Assembly (NCBI RefSeq): GCF_963921235.1
Contig: NC_086097.1
Location: 85,624,001 to 85,688,000, forward strand
DNA length: 64,000 bases
Source: Mobula hypostoma
Taxonomy: Eukaryota
Direction of reading: 5' to 3'
Part shown: one piece after another, positions 59,672 to 64,000 of the stretch
Position numbering within the stretch: the stretch's first letter is position 1
Layout of the letters: every line of letters begins with the position of its first letter
Notes under the pieces: generated by a model
Told to the model about the DNA's origin: nothing
What the model saw: the letters and a program-made list of their open reading frames with translations, nothing else
Database searches by the model: none
Translations under genes and position numbers: made by a program

Positions 59672-62600
59672 TTCTCCTGGGTATGATGATAAACTACATC
59701 TGGCTGTGGAGCATTTGCTTTGGGTAATGAGGTTACCATTAACCACAGCTACCTCCAGGTCACCCTTAGGCACCTGTTAGCCTCCCTACTTGGGTTACAG
59801 TGAAGCCACGGAATGCAGGTGATGGATGAAGCAGAAGGCAAGTTGTGAGTAACACAATCAACGGTTCCTGCTTCTCAGACGCTCAGCAGTAGATCCTTTT
59901 AATAGGACGATGTTCAGGGTCACCCGTCTTGTAAAGACACTGCATCGGAAGCAAGCAAGGGAAAGCTACTTCTTGTATTTTATCCCTAGTACAACCATGG
60001 TTAATACATACACAAATGTAAAAGATAACAGCATAAATAGCAGCCCACTTCCAAATAGTGTGGACACCTCGCTCGGTAGGGGATATCATGTAAACAGATA
60101 GGTGAGCCCAGATCGTCACACCACTACTGTCTGCAAGAACAAGAGACTGCGAATTGCCACTTGGAATGTTCCAACCCTGCACCAAGCTGGTAAGCTAGAA
60201 AACGTAAAATTAGAAATGAAGAGGCTAGAGGTCAGCATCCTAGGCCTAAGTGAAATAAGGTGGAAAGGCACTGGAGTATTCCAATCAGACGACTACAGGA
60301 TGATATACTCTGGTGGAGGTAAACATGAAAAGGGTGTTGCAATCATCTTAGACAAAGAAACATCCAAGAGCCTGCTCGGATACTGGCATATCTCAGACAG
60401 AATGATGCTAATCAAACTAACAGGACAAGAAAATAACATCTCTATCATCCAAGTATATGCACCCACAATGGAAAGCTCAGGGGAAGAAACTGATGCCTTC
60501 TACCCCTCCCTAGACAAAGCACTAGAAGAATGCAAATCACAAGAAGCCATCATAGTCATGGGCGACTTCAATGCACAAGTTGGTGAGGGAAGAGAAGACC
60601 ATATTGTTGGAGACCAGGGATTGGGAGAAAGAAATGAAAGAGCAGAAAAGCTTATATCATGGTGTAAAACAAACAATCAGATAATCACCAACACGTGGTT
60701 TAAACAACATACAAGAAGGAAATGGACATGGAGAAGCCCAGATGGGAACAACAAAAATCAAATTGACTACATAACGATCAATAATAGTTTCAAAAACTCG
60801 ATAACTCAATCTAAAAGCTACCCTGGAGCAGACTGTGGAAGCGACCACATACCAGTCATTTCCAAAATGAAAATAAAGATGTGAAAATTAAAGAAACCAA
60901 AAAAATCAGAACCACTGGATTATCAACAACTACAGAACAACCCTCATCTGAAAACAGAATACACAATCAAGGTGAAAACCTGTTTTCAATTGCTGCAGGA
61001 TGAAGGAGGCAAATCTTCCTGGGACATACTGAAAGAATCCATGGTTGTAGCTGCAAAAGAAACCATCCCATGAAAAGAACGGAAAAGTAAGAAGAAATGG
61101 ATAACTGAAGATATAATACAATTGATGCAATGAAAACAGACCATCAAACTAAGAGACAGCGAAGAATACAAACAACTTGATAAGACAATAAAAAGAAAAT
61201 GCAGAGATGTTAACGACAGATGGCTAAATGTGAAATGCTCAGAGATAGAAATGCTACAAACCCATTCAGAACCTTTTCAGAATGGCAGGCGGTGACTAGT
61301 GGGGTACCGCAAGGCTCAGTGCTGGGACCCCAGTTGTTTACAATATATATTAATGACTTGGATGAGGGAATTAAATGCAGCATCTCCAAGTTTGCGGATG
61401 ACACGAAGCTGGGTGGCAGTGTTAGCAGTGAGGAGGATGCTAAGAGGATGCAGGGTGACTTGGATAGGTTGGGTGAGTGGGCAAACTCCTGGCAGATGCA
61501 ATTTAATGTGGATAAATGTGAAGTTATCCACTTTGGTGGCAAAAATAGGAAAACAGATTATTATCTGAATGGTGGCCGATTAGGAAAAGGGGAGGTGCAA
61601 CGAGACCTGGGTGTCATTATACACCAGTCATTGAAAGTGGGCATGCAGGTACAGCAGGCGGTGAAAAAGGCGAATGGTATGCTGGCATTTATAGCGAGAG
61701 GATTCGAGTACAGGAGCAGGGAGGTACTACTGCAGTTGTACAAGGCCTTGGTGAGACCACACCTGGAGTATTGTGTGCAGTTTTGGTCCCCTAATCTGAG
61801 GAAAGACATCTTTGCCATAGAGGGAGTACAAAGAAGGTTCACCAGATTGATTCCTGGGATGGCAGGACTTTCATATCAAGAAAGACTGGATGAACTGGGC
61901 TTGTACTCGTTGGAATTTAGAAGATTGAGGGGGGATCTGATTGAAACGTATAAGATCCTAAAGGGATTGGACAGGCTTGATGCAGGAAGATTGTTCCCGA
62001 TGTTGGGGAAGTCCAGAACGAGGGGTCACAGTTTGAGGACAGAGGGGAAGCCTTTTAGGACCGAGATTAGGAAAAACTTCTTCACACAGAGAGTGGTGAA
62101 TCTGTGGAATTCTCTGCCACAGGAAACAGTTGAGGCCAGTTCATTGACTATATTTAAGAGGGAGTTAGATATGGCCCTTGTGGCTACGGGGGTCAGGGAG
62201 TATGGAGGGAAGGCTGGGGCGGGGTTCTGAGTTGGATGATCAGCCATGATCATAATAAATGGCGGTGCAGGTTCGAAGGGCCGAATGGCCTACTCCTGCA
62301 CCTATTTTCTATGTTTCAATGTTTCGATAACCCTGGAACAAAGTTGATGCACAATAAGATTAAAGAACTAACAGGGAAATTACCTTACTCAGCAAGTGGA
62401 TGAATCAAGGCAAAAGATGGCAGCTTAATTATGAACAAAAAGGAATTCCTAAACAGATGGACGGAATATATAAAAGAACTTTTTGAAGACCAAAGAGGAG
62501 AAAAACTGAACATAAAGAAGAATCTTGAAGGACCTAGCATTCTAAAATCAGAAGTTCGAGCAGCCGTAAATAAAACAAAACATAACAGAGCAACTGGTCC

Positions 62601-64000
62601 AGACAACATCGCTGTTGAAATGATACTGGCCTTAGAAGATTTTGGAATAGAGAAAATAAAAGAAATAGCAAATGAAATCTACGATCATGGGGAGATACCT
62701 GATGATTTAAGTAAATCAGTGTTCCTCACACTTCCAAAGAAAGAGAGAGCAACAGAATGTGAGTTACATCATACAATAAGCCTGATGAGCCACGTGGCAA
62801 AAATTATTCTCAGAGTAATCATGATGAGAGCAAGACGCTGTATAAAACCAGAAATCAGTAAAGAACAATGCGGCTTTGTGGAAAACACTGGAACCAGAAA
62901 TGCAATTTTCATGCTACGGATGATCAGTGGACGTGCCATACAGGTACAAAAAGACATCTACCTATGTTTCATTGACTATACAAAAGCTTTTGACACTGTC
63001 AGACAGCAAGATCTTCTGGAAATGCTTCAAGATCTTGACATAGATGGGAAAGATGTACGCTTCTTAAGAAACTTATACTGGGACCAGACTGCACCCATCA
63101 GAATAGAAGGAGAAGTGAGTGAGTATCTGAATATCATGAGAGGAGTCAGGCAAGGTTGTGTCTTTTCACCAGACTTATTCAACCTGTATAGTGAAAATAT
63201 CTTGAGAAGTATCAAAGACAGCAAAGGATTCACAATCGGAGGCCATAATATAAATAACATCAGAAATGCTGATGACATCGTACTAATAGCTGACTCAGAA
63301 ACAAAACTTCAAGAACTACTCACTATAGTGGCAGCAGAAAGTAATCGCAGAGGCCTCTCAAGGCAGAAAGCATGGTCATCTCCAGAAAGACAAACATCCC
63401 ACAATGTGTGATCAAGATCGGAAATACAAACATCAAACAAGTCAACAAATTCAAATATCTTGGCAGCCTAATAACAAGTAATGGCGGGTGTGACACAGAT
63501 ATCAAATACAGAATAGCAACGGCGAAAGAAGCATTCCAAAAAATGAAGACCATATTAACAAACAGAAAGATGAGCATGCACACTAAAAACAGAATACTGC
63601 AGTGCTACATTTATTCTATCCTGACTTATGGAAGTGAATGCTGGACCATTTCTCCAGCAATGGAAAAGAGACTAGAGGCAGCTGAATTATGGTTCTACAG
63701 GAGAATGTTAAAAATATCATGCACCACACACACATCAAATGAAGAAGTTCTCAGAAGAGGCCAAGCAGTTCGATCACTCATACCAACAATGAGAGAAAGA
63801 CAACTCAGATTCCTAGGACACATCATGCGGAAAGATGAACTAGAAAAACTCATAATCTCCGGAAAAACTGAGGGGAGTAAACCTAGAGGAAGACCTTGGC
63901 TTATTTACATCAAAAGCATAGCCAGATGGCTGCACATCGAGGAAATGGAAGTTATCCAAAAAAAGGATAGATCTATATGAAAAACCATGGTCACCAAAGT
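59672..64000 (+). mobile_element. RTE-clade (BovB-like) LINE, near full length, disabled; continues past the window end
   Basis: ~400-bp 5' UTR; APE (IATWNV, GLSEIRW, QVYAPT, GDFNA, NQIDYI, GSDH); RT (EQCGF, CFIDYTKAFD, GVRQGCVFSP, NADD, FKYLGS, LTYGSECW); several stops and a frameshift near 63360. Confidence 0.93.
61271..62325 (+). mobile_element. Young CR1, 5'-truncated, nested in the RTE
   Basis: Near-identical to 48554-49600. RTE frame ...KCSEIEMLQ | NPGTKLMHNKIKELTG... is interrupted. Confidence 0.95.

Noticed and set aside
61220..62230. 336-aa ORF as an RTE-CR1 chimeric RT
   Set aside because: The first ~17 codons are out-of-frame RTE sequence; the rest is a 5'-truncated CR1 RT lacking upstream motifs

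Overview
This is eukaryotic, transposon-dominated non-coding DNA. I recognise no host protein-coding exon, rRNA/tRNA gene or CRISPR array. The repeat mix (CR1 with an SGNH-esterase ORF1, Rex1/Babar, Penelope with hammerheads, DeuSINE- and V-SINE-like SINEs, Tc1, hAT, Gypsy, L1, RTE) suggests a cartilaginous fish, probably a ray; this is inference from repeat resemblance. Every long ORF in the track is a transposable-element ORF or an antisense shadow of one. Main structures: (1) a 5'-truncated L1 sitting exactly between two ~843-bp direct repeats, with the left breakpoint in the loop of a 17-bp inverted repeat; (2) a foldback Penelope insertion with ~730-bp inverted arms, a 16-bp target-site duplication (TSD), a 33-nt one-sided tail and minimal hammerhead ribozymes; (3) a near-intact full-length young CR1 plus four truncated relatives; (4) a candidate degenerate HDV-like fold in an RTE 5' UTR; (5) many nested insertions with readable TSDs. 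I cannot support a genuinely new biological system. The candidates below are unusual retrotransposition or rearrangement structures. Family names come from motif recognition by eye, not from database searches.
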